Source: Shigella phage ESh27
Direction: 5' to 3' (one strand)
DNA length: 64,000 nt
Sequence record: ON528737
Made by a program: the position numbers and the translations under genes. Positions 28,910-39,743 of this stretch are shown here, piece after piece (position 1 is the stretch's first letter; every line of letters starts with the position of its first letter). The notes below the pieces were generated by a model. The model was given only the letters and a program-made list of their open reading frames with translations. It ran no database searches and was not told where the DNA came from.

Positions 28910-29872
28910 TTATAGTCCTAAAACTCTTGATGCAGAATTCACCACACCTGTCAATGTGTTTATATTAGACACACCTCCAGCAGTCCCACCTAATCTAGAA
29001 AGTCTTGATACCGCACTTCCTAGCCCAGAATCATTCTGGTTATTTCCAAACATTCCTGAAACGCTACTAATAAGTCCTGATTCCAGCCATTCTAAAGCGG
29101 CCTGCCTATTTACAGCACCTGATTGCATAACGCGATAAGCAAATGTTACATCAAAAACTGTTATCTGATTATCACCATCATACGTTAACTCAGGAGAAGA
29201 GACACTAACAGGAATACATCCGGTGAACATGACAGCTGTATGTGGTAAACCATTTCGTGCGTGTAAATTAACCTGAATATCTGCTTCGACGTCTTGTGGT
29301 AAAGCACGAAGACCTGTTACAGGGTCTTGGACAGAGTTTACCCAGTCTTGCATTGCTCTAAAGTTAGATGCTTCGGAATCCATTCTAAAGCTTATTACTA
29401 ACGGGTCCATTTCACGACCGGTAATTCGGATGTTCGGTGAGTTATAGTTGAAATCTGTTTCATAAGATAATCGGTTCTCAGGCATTTTTACAGAATAAAT
29501 CATTAAACCTGTATTATTATATGCCATATTGAAGAAGTCTATCAGATAAGCTCCTACTGTGAATTCACCTAACAAGCTTTGTACCGTACGTTGACTCATT
29601 GCTCCAATCAGATATTTACTTACACCTGATTTTCGAATTAATTTCTGTGTTCCTGCTGTAATCAGGGTTGTTACGCCCTGATTGATATCACCTTGAGTCA
29701 ATCCTAGCCAATCTGAATCCAACCCTAAGTTATTATAAGCAAAACTGCCAATTGACGAAATTAGTGAAGACGATTTGGTCGACGGTGTAGTAGCAAATAC
29801 ACAACTAAACATATTGTTTCGTTGGAAATCTGCATTTATAGCTTGGTTATTAAATTCTTCTAAAGAGTACAT
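28910..29872 (-). CDS. 54: Baseplate tail-tube initiator gp54
   Basis: 320 aa, T4 gp54 length and synteny 54-48-29. Confidence 0.9.
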   Translation of the reverse strand: MYSLEEFNNQAINADFQRNNMFSCVFATTPSTKSSSLISSIGSFAYNNLGLDSDWLGLTQGDINQGVTTLITAGTQKLIRKSGVSKYLIGAMSQRTVQSLLGEFTVGAYLIDFFNMAYNNTGLMIYSVKMPENRLSYETDFNYNSPNIRITGREMDPLVISFRMDSEASNFRAMQDWVNSVQDPVTGLRALPQDVEADIQVNLHARNGLPHTAVMFTGCIPVSVSSPELTYDGDNQITVFDVTFAYRVMQSGAVNRQAALEWLESGLISSVSGMFGNNQNDSGLGSAVSRLSRLGGTAGGVSNINTLTGVVNSASRVLGL

Positions 29873-30981
29873 TAGAAAGTCCCCGCATAAAGTGAAGAAC
29901 GGTTTAATGTAATAATTTCTCGCATTGTTATCTCTAACGTAAATGTTGATGGTAAGTTAGGAGCAACAGCGAGACCATTAAATTGTCCATTTGGAGTTTT
30001 ATCAAAACGTACGCTTTGAATTTGACATGGGCCAAATACATCAGTTAACCCGTCAAATTTAGACGTGTGTCCAAAGTTTTTAACCATCCAAATTGTAGGG
30101 TTGCTTACAACTAATACGTTTGTTAATGACGCAGTAATCTTTTCAAACAATGTCTTATTTTTTACAGCATCGTCTGGTGTCATAGGCTCAATAAACGTTG
30201 AACGGTACCATTCGTCTAAATAACTTTTAATCTCTTGGGCGTATTGTGATTTACCAGTCTCGCCATATGAGAAATAGTTAAAATATTGGTAAATGTTTAT
30301 AATAGCCATAAGGTCTTCAGTTGAACGTGGAGTTAAATCCCATGTAAAGACTTTAGTACGGTTCTCAGCACCGCCGTACATACTACGAGAAGTCGTATAA
30401 ATCTGTTCGTTATTATCAGCCATAAGCCCTTGAGTAATAGAATCTAATGCACCAAAGACTGCAGTAGAAGCAATGTTACTTAAAACACCTGTAGCAGTAC
30501 CTCCACCTTTAGTAATAAGGCTATCACCGATATCATTAAAACGATGCGAAGTTGTATCAACGTCAGATTTAGAACGCGGCAAAAGGATATTAGCAACAGG
30601 AGTTTTATTTATAGTAGATTTATTAGCTCCGGCAGGAAGCAATCCATTTGAGAATTTAGTCACTGCATCTTTCACATTATCAGTTAAATCTGATATGATA
30701 CCATTAGATGAAGTCCCGGCGTATGCCGGACGTAAATTCCTGAGGGATCCTGAATCGCGTGCAGACATATTGTACGCGGTAAATAATAATCCATTCTTAT
30801 AAAGGTCTGTTACCTGGAAGTCTCCTGTGGAGTCATTTCCGGCTGCTCTTCCTGTAGGAAATTGAGCAACATAAGTTTTAGTAGTTGTTTCGGTTTTAGT
30901 GCTTTGCCCAGCACTTTCTGAGACTGGGATTGCTTTATTTAAATCCTTTGCATCTACTACTATTTCTTTTACACTAATCAT
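29872..30981 (-). CDS. 48: Baseplate tail-tube cap gp48
   Basis: 369 aa; T4 gp48 ~364 aa; synteny. Confidence 0.9.
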   Translation of the reverse strand: MISVKEIVVDAKDLNKAIPVSESAGQSTKTETTTKTYVAQFPTGRAAGNDSTGDFQVTDLYKNGLLFTAYNMSARDSGSLRNLRPAYAGTSSNGIISDLTDNVKDAVTKFSNGLLPAGANKSTINKTPVANILLPRSKSDVDTTSHRFNDIGDSLITKGGGTATGVLSNIASTAVFGALDSITQGLMADNNEQIYTTSRSMYGGAENRTKVFTWDLTPRSTEDLMAIINIYQYFNYFSYGETGKSQYAQEIKSYLDEWYRSTFIEPMTPDDAVKNKTLFEKITASLTNVLVVSNPTIWMVKNFGHTSKFDGLTDVFGPCQIQSVRFDKTPNGQFNGLAVAPNLPSTFTLEITMREIITLNRSSLYAGTF

Positions 30982-30989
30982 AATAATCC

Positions 30990-32762
30990 TTAATTAACAC
31001 CGGTGGCATGGAAAATTCCAGGAGCCGTTGTACTTGTTACAGGGGTCATATTCTGGACTACGGTATTCTTTTTGACGACATTATTTGTGTTACTAATCGT
31101 CGCTACCGGTTGCTGTTGTTTAGATTCAGAAGCACGTCCTTTCTCTATTGACTGAACTTGTTTTGCTTCCGGAGATTTAGTTGAAGATTCAGGCTTAACT
31201 GTTGTCTGAGCTTTTTTGGCTTCAGCCATTTTATTATTTAGCTTTTCAAATCTAGCATCTAATTCCTTTTTAACGACAGGAGTTTTATTAAGTTCAGGGT
31301 CTTTAATAAGTTTACTTAAATCAGCATAAGACTTCTCAACGTTTTTAGCATTTTCCGGATTAGTCATATCGATTTTATCGATATAATCCTCAAATCTAAC
31401 TAAGGCTGCCCGAGTTTCATTAGCTTTTATATATGCCTCTTTACGTTCCTCTTCAGGTAACTCTTTTAATTTTGCCGATTCCGCAGCACGCTCATCGCTT
31501 GTACTAAACTCTTCTTTATTGTCATTACCACGAACCCAGTTAGTAACGAATGTTTTGCCGCGTTGTAACATATCAAGACCTTTAGAAACGGTTCCTAATT
31601 CCCCGTCGTCACGCTTCATTTGATATTTAGCGACTTTCTCTTGGTCTTCTTTCTTTAATTTGTTCCCAGTAGTTTCTTGGAATCCTTCTAAAGCACGTCC
31701 TTCTATTTCGTCCGCGGTATCACCAAAACCTATAGCACGCAATATAGACGCGGAGAGTTTAGCCATTCCTAATTGAATTAGTTCACCTAAGTTCATTAAT
31801 GCTGTTCCTACACCTTTGACAATAGCAACAGTTAAACCACCCCAGTCTCCAGCTTCCCACAATTGTTTTATCGAGTCAATAGAAGTGAATATATCGCTTA
31901 AGAATTTACCCCACTCTTTAGCTTCATCGGAGAATTTAGTAAAGTTTTCATCAAATAAATCCCAGGCAGAAGTGAACTTGTCTGTCCAATATTTGAAATG
32001 GACTATCAATAAATCAATACCGATAACAATACCGAGAATAAGTGCGGCCATTTTTGCTGCTTCAATAGCAGCCGTTATAGTGTATTTGAAAAGCATTCCG
32101 GCAATTCTGTCTGAAATTGATATTGATTTATTAAACCCGGTTTGAACTGTTTTGGTGAGCATTGCAATTTTATCGCTCAATTTAAAGCTAATTCCGCCTT
32201 TAGAATCAGAAGTAGAATTAGCACTTTCTTGAACCGGGGCCGGGAAGAAATCTTCGTCTGGCTTATTATCAATCTTTTCAGGTGTAGGGAATGCTTTAAA
32301 CAACTCATCAGAAGTTTCATTCTCAACCACTTTAACAGGTATTGCGTTCTCAATTACTTCAAGAGAGGTGCCTCCTGTATTTTGAATAGCGGTAGATGTT
32401 TGTAATTTTTGCTCTAATAATGTAGCTAATCGGTCTAACTTAGAGCTTATTGCACTAGAAACTTCGTTTATACTTTTAGTGACTTCAGTTTGTTTTTCAA
32501 TAACTTCTGCGATAAGCTCTGTGCCTTCAGCAGTATTATCCGTCGAATTCTTTAAGTCTCCAATTGATTCAATAATTCCATTGCCTTTATCTTCTACACT
32601 TTGTGATGTGAGTTCAGACGCGGCTTGGACATCGTCTAGTTTTGATGAAATGTTATTCAATGCTTCTAATGAATCGGTAGCTGCTGTTGCAGCTACTTTT
32701 TGTGGTTTATTATCGGCAATGACCTTATTTCTACGCATGGATTTCATTTCTTCAGGTTTCAT
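30990..32762 (-). CDS. 29: Tail length tape-measure protein gp29
   Basis: 590 aa, same as T4 gp29; coiled-coil-rich. Confidence 0.9.
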   Translation of the reverse strand: MKPEEMKSMRRNKVIADNKPQKVAATAATDSLEALNNISSKLDDVQAASELTSQSVEDKGNGIIESIGDLKNSTDNTAEGTELIAEVIEKQTEVTKSINEVSSAISSKLDRLATLLEQKLQTSTAIQNTGGTSLEVIENAIPVKVVENETSDELFKAFPTPEKIDNKPDEDFFPAPVQESANSTSDSKGGISFKLSDKIAMLTKTVQTGFNKSISISDRIAGMLFKYTITAAIEAAKMAALILGIVIGIDLLIVHFKYWTDKFTSAWDLFDENFTKFSDEAKEWGKFLSDIFTSIDSIKQLWEAGDWGGLTVAIVKGVGTALMNLGELIQLGMAKLSASILRAIGFGDTADEIEGRALEGFQETTGNKLKKEDQEKVAKYQMKRDDGELGTVSKGLDMLQRGKTFVTNWVRGNDNKEEFSTSDERAAESAKLKELPEEERKEAYIKANETRAALVRFEDYIDKIDMTNPENAKNVEKSYADLSKLIKDPELNKTPVVKKELDARFEKLNNKMAEAKKAQTTVKPESSTKSPEAKQVQSIEKGRASESKQQQPVATISNTNNVVKKNTVVQNMTPVTSTTAPGIFHATGVN

Positions 32763-33292
32763 TCAAGCAATCCAATAATTTCTGCTATACCCTTAATAGG
32801 TCCATTAGGACCTGGAATAGCAATGGTTGTCGAAAGGTCTTCTGCCCATTTGATTACAAAAGCAGGCATCTCAAGGAAAGAAATTTCTTTCTCTTCGTCA
32901 TTAACTTTTATTAAGCAACTTGATAACATTTCACTGATTGTAGCGAATTGTTCAAATTTGCCTGGAGGTCTAAAATAAAAAGTATTGCCTTGGAATTGGA
33001 ATTCTGTTCGTTGGCATACATAGACGTCATCTAGTTTATAAGTGAATCCGTCTTTTTCAACTTCAGACTTAAGTTTGTTATTAAATTCCAATATGTGTAG
33101 ACATGCAAAATCAAAATCTGCGGGACTCATATTTTTACAAATAGAATCAGCTAAGATTTTCATGTTTTCATCAGGGCCTTTAACGTCCTTTAAAAGATTA
33201 TAATGTTTGAGCCCTAATTTAGGAATCATTACCTTTTTATTAGACTGTGGTAGAATTATTTTCTTTAGAGGTAGAATCAGATTTAAGTTCAT
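32759..33292 (-). CDS. 28: Baseplate distal hub subunit gp28
   Basis: 177 aa (T4 gp28 177 aa); 5' end overlaps 3' end of gene 27 by ~50 nt, start uncertain. Confidence 0.8.
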   Translation of the reverse strand: MNLNLILPLKKIILPQSNKKVMIPKLGLKHYNLLKDVKGPDENMKILADSICKNMSPADFDFACLHILEFNNKLKSEVEKDGFTYKLDDVYVCQRTEFQFQGNTFYFRPPGKFEQFATISEMLSSCLIKVNDEEKEISFLEMPAFVIKWAEDLSTTIAIPGPNGPIKGIAEIIGLLE

Positions 33293-34412
33293 TTTTAACC
33301 TTAACTGGGTTAACAGGTTCTAACACCATTGAGTTGGTAAACATGTATAGATGAGTTTGTGAGTTGTTATTTGATAACTCATGAATAACTTCATCTACGT
33401 AAAATTCGGATTTGAATTGGTTCTTTTGGTCAACAAATATAATTTTAGTAGCAGGCGTTATGTTAAAATTACCTGTAGTAGTGCATTTAGCATATCCGTC
33501 ATATTGAGCCATTGTCTGAAGACGACTTGCTTCTTCAAATCCATTACGATAGGTCATTTCGGAATATCCGCCGGATCTTGACACAAGAATAGCATTATCA
33601 CCATCACCTGTAACAATAACCGGAATAGATGTATCTAAAAATGAATGGGCGAATATCGTGGCGTTTTTAATAGGGTCTCTTGTAAATTGGTTGGCTTTAG
33701 TCATCCAGGTAAAATCCCATACTAATGGATACTCAAGCTCTTGAATATACTGACCTACAGTATTTGGCTCACCTACAATCATCTTAATGCCTTCCTGGCC
33801 AATAAGAGTATCGTAGTCAATCATGTTTACGCCTAAAATATCTTGCCATACGAATACGAACTTATCACTCGCTGTAGCAAGTCCTAATTCTCTGACATAT
33901 GCCAAATAATCATCAAATGTGCTTGTCCAAGGAATATCAGGAACATAAGCATTAATAGTGTTTATTGGCGGAGTAATTAACGTACGGTCTTTGTATATGA
34001 CACCTAACATTTCACGTATAGATTCTCCTGCGTCCGGGAAGAATGGACGCCCAAATTTAAGGTTCTCTATAGAATGTATTGTTCCAAGCTCAATTGCAAT
34101 AATATTGTCACCTTTTGAGTCCACAGACACAGAATAATGTCTACATCCGTAAATTCGAGTTCTAACTTGAAGAGGTGTGTTTGAATTTGAAACAGAGATT
34201 TGAACTATCTGTCTACCATCCATTTTAGTGTGGATGTTTTTAGTGTCATAAAATTGAAGAATCCCTTCATTTCTTCCATATAGTGAATCTCGCATGGTTA
34301 AAGTTGTTATTGTTGCTGCGAGTTCAACATATCTATTTTCTTGCCAAGCCGAATAATCTTGGTATAATTTAACGCTTAAGTTAGGATATCCTGGACGTTG
34401 GAATACTGTCAT
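33240..34412 (-). CDS. 27: Baseplate hub subunit gp27
   Basis: 390 aa (T4 gp27 391 aa). Confidence 0.9.
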   Translation of the reverse strand: MTVFQRPGYPNLSVKLYQDYSAWQENRYVELAATITTLTMRDSLYGRNEGILQFYDTKNIHTKMDGRQIVQISVSNSNTPLQVRTRIYGCRHYSVSVDSKGDNIIAIELGTIHSIENLKFGRPFFPDAGESIREMLGVIYKDRTLITPPINTINAYVPDIPWTSTFDDYLAYVRELGLATASDKFVFVWQDILGVNMIDYDTLIGQEGIKMIVGEPNTVGQYIQELEYPLVWDFTWMTKANQFTRDPIKNATIFAHSFLDTSIPVIVTGDGDNAILVSRSGGYSEMTYRNGFEEASRLQTMAQYDGYAKCTTTGNFNITPATKIIFVDQKNQFKSEFYVDEVIHELSNNNSQTHLYMFTNSMVLEPVNPVKVKNELKSDSTSKENNSTTV

Positions 34413-35161
34413 TTTTTATGGTCCTTTTCTACTAATGTTAAAGCAATACCACGTTCAACAGGAATCATTTGCATAATAGAATCCAATGTGTATTGACTCT
34501 TTACTAGTGAATGGTTTATCTGATAGAATGTAAAAATCTCATCAGGGTTAACTAACAATTTAAAAACCTCTAAGATATCAGTATATGTTTTAACATGACG
34601 TTCACAACAACCTAATCTAAGGGTCAAATTAATAGGATTCATAGAAGCAATAACCTTCTCGAGAGAGTCAATGTCTATTGCTTCTATTACTTGGATTTGG
34701 TTCTCTTCAGTCAAATCATTCCATGGGTACCATTCATCGTTATAATATATTTCTTTTATGTTTTCACTTATCATTAATGCTTTGTTGTCATAAAACTTTT
34801 CAGGGAAAGAAAAACGTATTTTTATACCAGCAACATCAAGTTCAGGTTCGACTAGTTCTTTTTGATATATCTCAAATGGTGCAGTTTTTTCTTTAGAGCA
34901 TTTAGGACAAGTGAAAATAACGGGAACTTTTGTTTTGCCTATAGAGCCTGCAAAAACTTGCAGGAATATAAATGGTTGCCATGTTTTAGGGTACTCGCCA
35001 AAATAATCATCAATCAGATCAGCAATTATTTCTTTTTGTTCTTGCGGCGAACGATGTTCGATATCATTTCTAACTAGTAAAAAGTCTCTATAATCCGCCA
35101 CAGTGAACGGCTTAAAACGATGAACACCATCCGGTAATTTACAACGAATTATATTAGCCAT
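34409..35161 (-). CDS. 51: Baseplate hub assembly catalyst gp51
   Basis: 250 aa (T4 gp51 249 aa); CPKCSKEK zinc-ribbon-like motif. Confidence 0.85.
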   Translation of the reverse strand: MANIIRCKLPDGVHRFKPFTVADYRDFLLVRNDIEHRSPQEQKEIIADLIDDYFGEYPKTWQPFIFLQVFAGSIGKTKVPVIFTCPKCSKEKTAPFEIYQKELVEPELDVAGIKIRFSFPEKFYDNKALMISENIKEIYYNDEWYPWNDLTEENQIQVIEAIDIDSLEKVIASMNPINLTLRLGCCERHVKTYTDILEVFKLLVNPDEIFTFYQINHSLVKSQYTLDSIMQMIPVERGIALTLVEKDHKK

Positions 35162-35178
35162 AATTACTCCTTTTCTAT

Positions 35179-35186
35179 TATTTATA
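35179..35186 (-). promoter_or_regulatory. T4-type late promoter (TATAAATA) for gene 51
   Basis: Plus tatttata = minus TATAAATA, 18 nt upstream of gp51 ATG. Confidence 0.65.
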
Positions 35187-35190
35187 AATA
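35183..35190 (+). promoter_or_regulatory. T4-type late promoter (TATAAATA) for gene 26; overlaps the divergent gene 51 promoter
   Basis: tataaata 19 nt upstream of gp26 ATG; palindromic tatttataaata core. Confidence 0.65.
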
Positions 35191-35208
35191 CACAATAAAG
35201 GAGTTAAC

Positions 35209-35835
35209 ATGTACAAATATACGTTTACCGTACGTTTAGGCGATAAAGAAGTGAATTGTAGAGCCTTTACTTTAAAAGAATATTTAGGGCTCATAGGTGC
35301 TCGTGCTACTGGTACTATTGAATCAGCAGTGAACAATATTATCACTAATTGCTCTAATGCTAAAAACTTGTCTAAACAAGAAGCCGAGTTATTGTTGGTA
35401 AATCTGTGGGCACATTCATTAGGTGAAGTGAATCAAGAACACACCTGGAATTGTTCCTGTGGGCATTCATTTCAAGTCTATATGAATTTATTGCACACTC
35501 AATTAGATGAACAGGCCGATCCCTGGTATTCGTTCAGTGGTATTAAAATTAAGTTCCGTCAACCTAAATTATTTGACGATAAAAATATCGCATTAATGAT
35601 TGCTTCATGTATTGAGACTGTTTTTGTCAATGGAGAGTCCATCCCTGTTGAAGATTTAACTGAAGCAGAAATAAACGACCTTTACGGCCTTATAACAGAA
35701 GATGACATGATCAATATTAAAAATCTTTTGGTATCGCCATCAATTTATCTGGCAACCCCTATTAAATGTCCCAAATGTGGGGCGTCACATGTTCACACAA
35801 TACGAGGCCTCAAAGAATTCTTTGAGTTATTATAA
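35209..35835 (+). CDS. 26: Baseplate hub subunit gp26
   Basis: 208 aa (T4 gp26 208 aa). Confidence 0.85.
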   Translation: MYKYTFTVRLGDKEVNCRAFTLKEYLGLIGARATGTIESAVNNIITNCSNAKNLSKQEAELLLVNLWAHSLGEVNQEHTWNCSCGHSFQVYMNLLHTQLDEQADPWYSFSGIKIKFRQPKLFDDKNIALMIASCIETVFVNGESIPVEDLTEAEINDLYGLITEDDMINIKNLLVSPSIYLATPIKCPKCGASHVHTIRGLKEFFELL

Positions 35836-36233
35836 TGTCTAATATCAATAAACTTTATTCAGATATCGACCCAGAAATGCGTATGGATTGGAATAAGGAC
35901 GTTGCTCGTTCTGTAGGACTTCGTTCTATTAAAAATAGTCTTCTTGGCATAGTGACAACCAGAAAAGGCTCACGCCCATTCGACCCTGAATTTGGATGCG
36001 ATTTGGTTGATGAACTTTTCGAGAACATGACACCACTTACAGCCGATACTATTGAGCGTAATATCCAGGCAGCTGTCCGTAACTATGAGCCTCGCATCGA
36101 CAAACTTTCTGTAAGTGTAACGCCAGTATATGATGACTATACGGTTATAGTAGAGATTAGATTTTCGGTCGTAGACAACCCTGACGATATTGAACAAATT
36201 AAACTTCAGTTAGCGTCAAGCAATAGAGTGTAA
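35835..36233 (+). CDS. 25: Baseplate wedge subunit gp25
   Basis: 132 aa (T4 gp25 132 aa); MSNINKLYSDIDPEMRMDWNKDVARSVGL. Confidence 0.9.
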   Translation: MSNINKLYSDIDPEMRMDWNKDVARSVGLRSIKNSLLGIVTTRKGSRPFDPEFGCDLVDELFENMTPLTADTIERNIQAAVRNYEPRIDKLSVSVTPVYDDYTVIVEIRFSVVDNPDDIEQIKLQLASSNRV

Positions 36234-36258
36234 TGCTTCAAGGCAACCTATGTATAAT
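36231..36258 (+). promoter_or_regulatory. MotA-dependent middle promoter for uvsY (MotA box TAATGCTTCA + TATAAT)
   Basis: tgcttca at 36234-36240, tataat at 36253-36258. Confidence 0.6.
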
Positions 36259-36313
36259 GGTTTTAGGTCCTTCCGATACAGCCGGGAGATTATTAGTTAA
36301 AAGAGAGAACATT

Positions 36314-36727
36314 ATGAAGCTGGAAGATTTACAGGAAGAGTTAGACGCAGACTTAGCTATTGATACGACAAAGTTGCAATATGAGACGGCGAATAATGTT
36401 AAGTTATACAGCAAATGGCTGCGTAAACACTCATTTATTCGTAAAGAAATGTTGCGTATAGAGACTCAGAAGAAAACTGCTCTAAAAGCAAGATTAGACT
36501 ACTACTCGGGACGAGGTGATGGTGATGAATTCAGTATGGACCGATACGAGAAATCTGAAATGAAAACTGTCCTGGCCGCAGATAAAGATGTGCTTAAAAT
36601 AGAGACTACTTTACAATACTGGGGGATTTTACTTGAGTTCTGTAGTGGTGCACTTGATGCAGTTAAGTCTCGTAGTTTTGCACTTAAACATATTCAAGAT
36701 ATGCGAGAATTTGAAGCGGGGCAATAA
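36314..36727 (+). CDS. uvsY: UvsY recombination mediator protein
   Basis: ATG at 36314 with upstream agagag gives 137 aa MKLEDLQEEL... matching T4 UvsY length; track start 36233 would read through the promoter. Confidence 0.9.
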   Translation: MKLEDLQEELDADLAIDTTKLQYETANNVKLYSKWLRKHSFIRKEMLRIETQKKTALKARLDYYSGRGDGDEFSMDRYEKSEMKTVLAADKDVLKIETTLQYWGILLEFCSGALDAVKSRSFALKHIQDMREFEAGQ

Positions 36728-36951
36728 TGCGTTATTCAATTGAAGATGCATTTAATAATGATGAAGAATTTGAAACTGAAATTAAATTCTTAATGGAAAA
36801 GTATCGTCTACGACGTCAGGATATTCGTATTCTGGCCGACCACCCTTGTGGTGAAGACGTCCTTTATATTAAAGGGAAGTTTGCCGGGTACATCGACGAG
36901 TATTTTTATACAAAAGATATGGGTATCGATATGTGCATGCGAGTGGTATAA
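36727..36951 (+). CDS. Hypothetical protein (uvsY.-1 position)
   Basis: 74 aa ORF, ATGA-coupled to uvsY. Confidence 0.5.
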   Translation: MRYSIEDAFNNDEEFETEIKFLMEKYRLRRQDIRILADHPCGEDVLYIKGKFAGYIDEYFYTKDMGIDMCMRVV

Positions 36952-36954
36952 ATA
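36947..36954 (+). promoter_or_regulatory. Putative late promoter (TATAAATA) upstream of the uvsY.-2-type ORF
   Basis: tataaata 30 nt upstream of ATG 36984. Confidence 0.4.
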
Positions 36955-36983
36955 GATATGTAATTTCAACTTAGGAGGCAATC

Positions 36984-37151
36984 ATGTCAGATAAGATTTG
37001 TGTTGTCTGTAAAACTCCAATCGATTCTGCATTGGTTGTTGAAACAGACAAAGGTCCAGCACATCCTGGTCCTTGTTATAATTATGTACAACAATTGCCG
37101 GTTTCAGAAAGTTCAGAAGAGCAATTGAACGAAACCCAACTTTTACTATAG
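36984..37151 (+). CDS. Small Cys-containing hypothetical protein (uvsY.-2 position, 55 aa)
   Basis: SD aggagg; MSDKICVVCKTPIDS... with CxxC; below track cutoff. Confidence 0.4.
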   Translation: MSDKICVVCKTPIDSALVVETDKGPAHPGPCYNYVQQLPVSESSEEQLNETQLLL

Positions 37152-37159
37152 TGTTACCT

Positions 37160-37206
37160 TTTTTGCCTATGGTTTTGGCCCTTCCAAAAAGGTCGGGCCT
37201 TTTTTA
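37160..37206. terminator. Bidirectional terminator region between convergent uvsY operon and uvsW.1
   Basis: ccttttttgcc ... ggcccttccaaaaaggtcgggcctttttt: GC stems flanked by A- and T-runs on both sides. Confidence 0.55.
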
Positions 37207-37207
37207 A

Positions 37208-37438
37208 TTAGAAATCTTCTTCCGCATCCTCATCGTCGCCTTCAAGTTCGGCACGCTTACCTGCTAAGGCATCCCTGACAGAAATATCATCTGTATCTTT
37301 TAATTCCGTTTCTTTTATACGTTTCTTATAATAAGCTTCCAATTCTTCAAGCCCTTCTAGTGTATGACAACTAGCAATTTTACCCATGAATTCGTCAATA
37401 GATGCTTCGTATAAAAATTGTTTAAATTCAAGTACCAT
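37208..37438 (-). CDS. UvsW.1 (small protein encoded downstream of UvsW helicase)
   Basis: 76 aa acidic ORF directly downstream of uvsW, as for T4 uvsW.1. Confidence 0.65.
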   Translation of the reverse strand: MVLEFKQFLYEASIDEFMGKIASCHTLEGLEELEAYYKKRIKETELKDTDDISVRDALAGKRAELEGDDEDAEEDF

Positions 37439-37463
37439 TTTTATCTCCTAAGGGCCGAAGCCC

Positions 37464-38978
37464 TTATAAATTAATTGTTTTCATTACATAGTTAAATTTC
37501 TCATCAGCGTAACGTTGGATACGATCAATACCGTGTTTTAACAAGTAATTAAGATGAGTATACTTCTTTTTAGTATTTAATGATTTAGGTTTTACACCTG
37601 CGTCATCGATGAGATCCCAAACTGTAGCAACAGCTTTAGAACCATGCTTACGAAGCACGCGACCTACGGTTTGAAGTACGATAATTTTTGATTTAACACC
37701 ATGGGCAAAAATAACATGATGAAGATTCTTGACTGAAATACCGGTAGAGAATACTCCATATGATGCGACAATAATAATGCCTTTACCATTTTCTGCCATG
37801 ACTTTAAGCGCGTTACGTGTTTCAGTATCAACTTCACCTGATACGTAATAAACTTTTTCGTATCCAAGCTCTTTAATAGCTTCAAATATTTCTTTACCGT
37901 GTGTAACGTGTTTAAACATTACAAAGGCGTTCTCGTCTTTCTTAGCCAATTTGACTGAAAGTTGAGCAATCCACTTTGTGCGTCGTTTTAGTCCGGTAAT
38001 AATTTTAACTTCTTCTTGGTATGTTTTACCTTTTAATTTGGTGGCGAATTCGTCCGGATAACGAAGGAAAATACTATTAATCTTAAGCTCAGTTACCTGT
38101 CCGTCTTCCATTAATTTAGACGTGCTAACAGGACGGAAGATTTCGCCGAACATACCTACGTACTGCATTACATTGGCTTTTCCGTCTCTTAATGAGCCGG
38201 ATAAACCGAATTTAAACATGCAATTATTTAATCCTGAGATGATTGAAGAAATACTTTTGCCTGTTGCTAAGTGGCATTCATCGTTCATCATCATACCGAA
38301 CTGAGAGAACCATTCTTTAGGCTGCTTAACTACCGTTTGCCATGTGCCAACAATAATTGGAGCGTCGTTTTTAGATTTGTCCGCTTTATCAGCACCACCG
38401 CCAATTTTCTTAATCATCGAATGACTAAACAAGCGATAATCAACAAAATCATTAGCCATCTGGGTTGTCAATGCTGTTGTAGGGACGATAATGAGAATTT
38501 TACCTTCATAGTTCTCTAGATAATATCGAGCTAAAAGTGCTTGGATTAGTGATTTACCTGCTGATGTCGGAAGGTTTAAAATTCGACGACGATTAACTAG
38601 TCCTTCATATACTGCATCTTTTTGATACCAATGTGGTTCGATTTTGGCATTGCCTGAATAAATTTCTTGTTTAGAAAGCCATGCGTCAAAATCTTCCCTG
38701 GTAAGGTCTTCGGTCTCAAAGATTTTAGGGTCAATCCATACAGAATAACTCATATTGTTACAGAACTTTTTTATTTGTCCTACAAGTCCATATGGTAACA
38801 AACGATTGTAATCTAAAAGTCGAATTCTACCATCCCAGTTCCCATATTTGTAACGCGGGTTGAATTTGTACCCATCGGCTTCAAAGCTAAAAAAGTCGCG
38901 TAATTCATAGAACACGCTTTCGTCGCATTCAATTCTTACATGGCTAAAATCATAAAAATGTACTTTAATATCTGTCAT
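37464..38978 (-). CDS. uvsW: UvsW DNA helicase (SF2)
   Basis: 504 aa; Walker A PTSAGKS, DECH box (NDECHLATG); matches T4 UvsW. Confidence 0.95.
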   Translation of the reverse strand: MTDIKVHFYDFSHVRIECDESVFYELRDFFSFEADGYKFNPRYKYGNWDGRIRLLDYNRLLPYGLVGQIKKFCNNMSYSVWIDPKIFETEDLTREDFDAWLSKQEIYSGNAKIEPHWYQKDAVYEGLVNRRRILNLPTSAGKSLIQALLARYYLENYEGKILIIVPTTALTTQMANDFVDYRLFSHSMIKKIGGGADKADKSKNDAPIIVGTWQTVVKQPKEWFSQFGMMMNDECHLATGKSISSIISGLNNCMFKFGLSGSLRDGKANVMQYVGMFGEIFRPVSTSKLMEDGQVTELKINSIFLRYPDEFATKLKGKTYQEEVKIITGLKRRTKWIAQLSVKLAKKDENAFVMFKHVTHGKEIFEAIKELGYEKVYYVSGEVDTETRNALKVMAENGKGIIIVASYGVFSTGISVKNLHHVIFAHGVKSKIIVLQTVGRVLRKHGSKAVATVWDLIDDAGVKPKSLNTKKKYTHLNYLLKHGIDRIQRYADEKFNYVMKTINL

Positions 38979-38983
38979 AATAA

Positions 38984-39727
38984 TTACCTTAAACGGCCTT
39001 TAACATATCCATCTGGGATGGATAACGGATTTACTAATTTATTTATAGCCCCGTTATTTACCCATATTCTGCCGGTGGTCGTAGGTTTTACTTCACAACC
39101 CTTTCTAGATTTTCTATTAAGTTGGACCATTCCTTTTACAAATCCTTCAGGCATCGGGTCCTCGGCTGATATAAATCTGTTTTCTTTACCGTTGTTAACA
39201 CAAATTTTATTTAGAGTTGTAGGATTTTTAGGACCTTTAATTTTATCAATCTTTGGCTTTCCTGTACCATACCGCCCGTGGCATGTTGGGTCTTCAGAGT
39301 ATCGACGTTTATTTGTTTCAGATAGTTTTCTTTTTGTTTCTTCCGATCTGTGTTTTCCTAAAAGATTATGACCAAGCCTCTTTATTCGTTCTTTAGCACT
39401 ATTAGACATTTTAGTCTTATCAGCTTCGGTGTACTTATACCTTCCACCTTCACCGCCTTGGCGCATATTATAATACTCGTTAGATTTGACCAAATCCTCT
39501 GTTACTAACTGAGCTTCGTATTCTAAAGCTTCAGCGGAAGTTTCAAATTGTTTAATTATTGAACGTTTAAATGATTCTTCTCCGTATTTTTTGATAGCGC
39601 GATTTAAGGCAACACCTGACCCTAGATACGAATCATTTAAATTTTCTGTAGAATGTTTGCCAATGTACTTTTTACCATTGATTAAATTTACGGTCTCATA
39701 AACAAAGTGATACATACTCTTTTCCAT
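38984..39727 (-). CDS. GIY-YIG family homing endonuclease (SegE-like)
   Basis: GIY-YIG N-terminal module (FVYETVNLINGKKYIGKHST...YLGSGV...N...E) and basic DNA-binding C-terminus; start taken at ATG 39725-39727 (alternative 39713-39715, MYHFVYET); track start 39766 lies upstream of the late promoter. Confidence 0.7.
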   Translation of the reverse strand: MEKSMYHFVYETVNLINGKKYIGKHSTENLNDSYLGSGVALNRAIKKYGEESFKRSIIKQFETSAEALEYEAQLVTEDLVKSNEYYNMRQGGEGGRYKYTEADKTKMSNSAKERIKRLGHNLLGKHRSEETKRKLSETNKRRYSEDPTCHGRYGTGKPKIDKIKGPKNPTTLNKICVNNGKENRFISAEDPMPEGFVKGMVQLNRKSRKGCEVKPTTTGRIWVNNGAINKLVNPLSIPDGYVKGRLR

Positions 39728-39743
39728 GTAATAAATATAGTTA

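Noticed and set aside
30473-35077. Plus-strand ORFs within the gene 48/29/28/27/51 block (30473-30802, 31816-32978, 33381-33581, 34678-35077)
   Set aside because: Antisense to syntenic baseplate/tail genes; Cys/Ser/Phe-rich junk translations.
36233-36313. Longest-ORF start for uvsY at 36233 (164 aa)
   Set aside because: The N-terminal extension would translate through the MotA-box middle promoter; the ATG at 36314 gives the 137-aa UvsY expected from T4.
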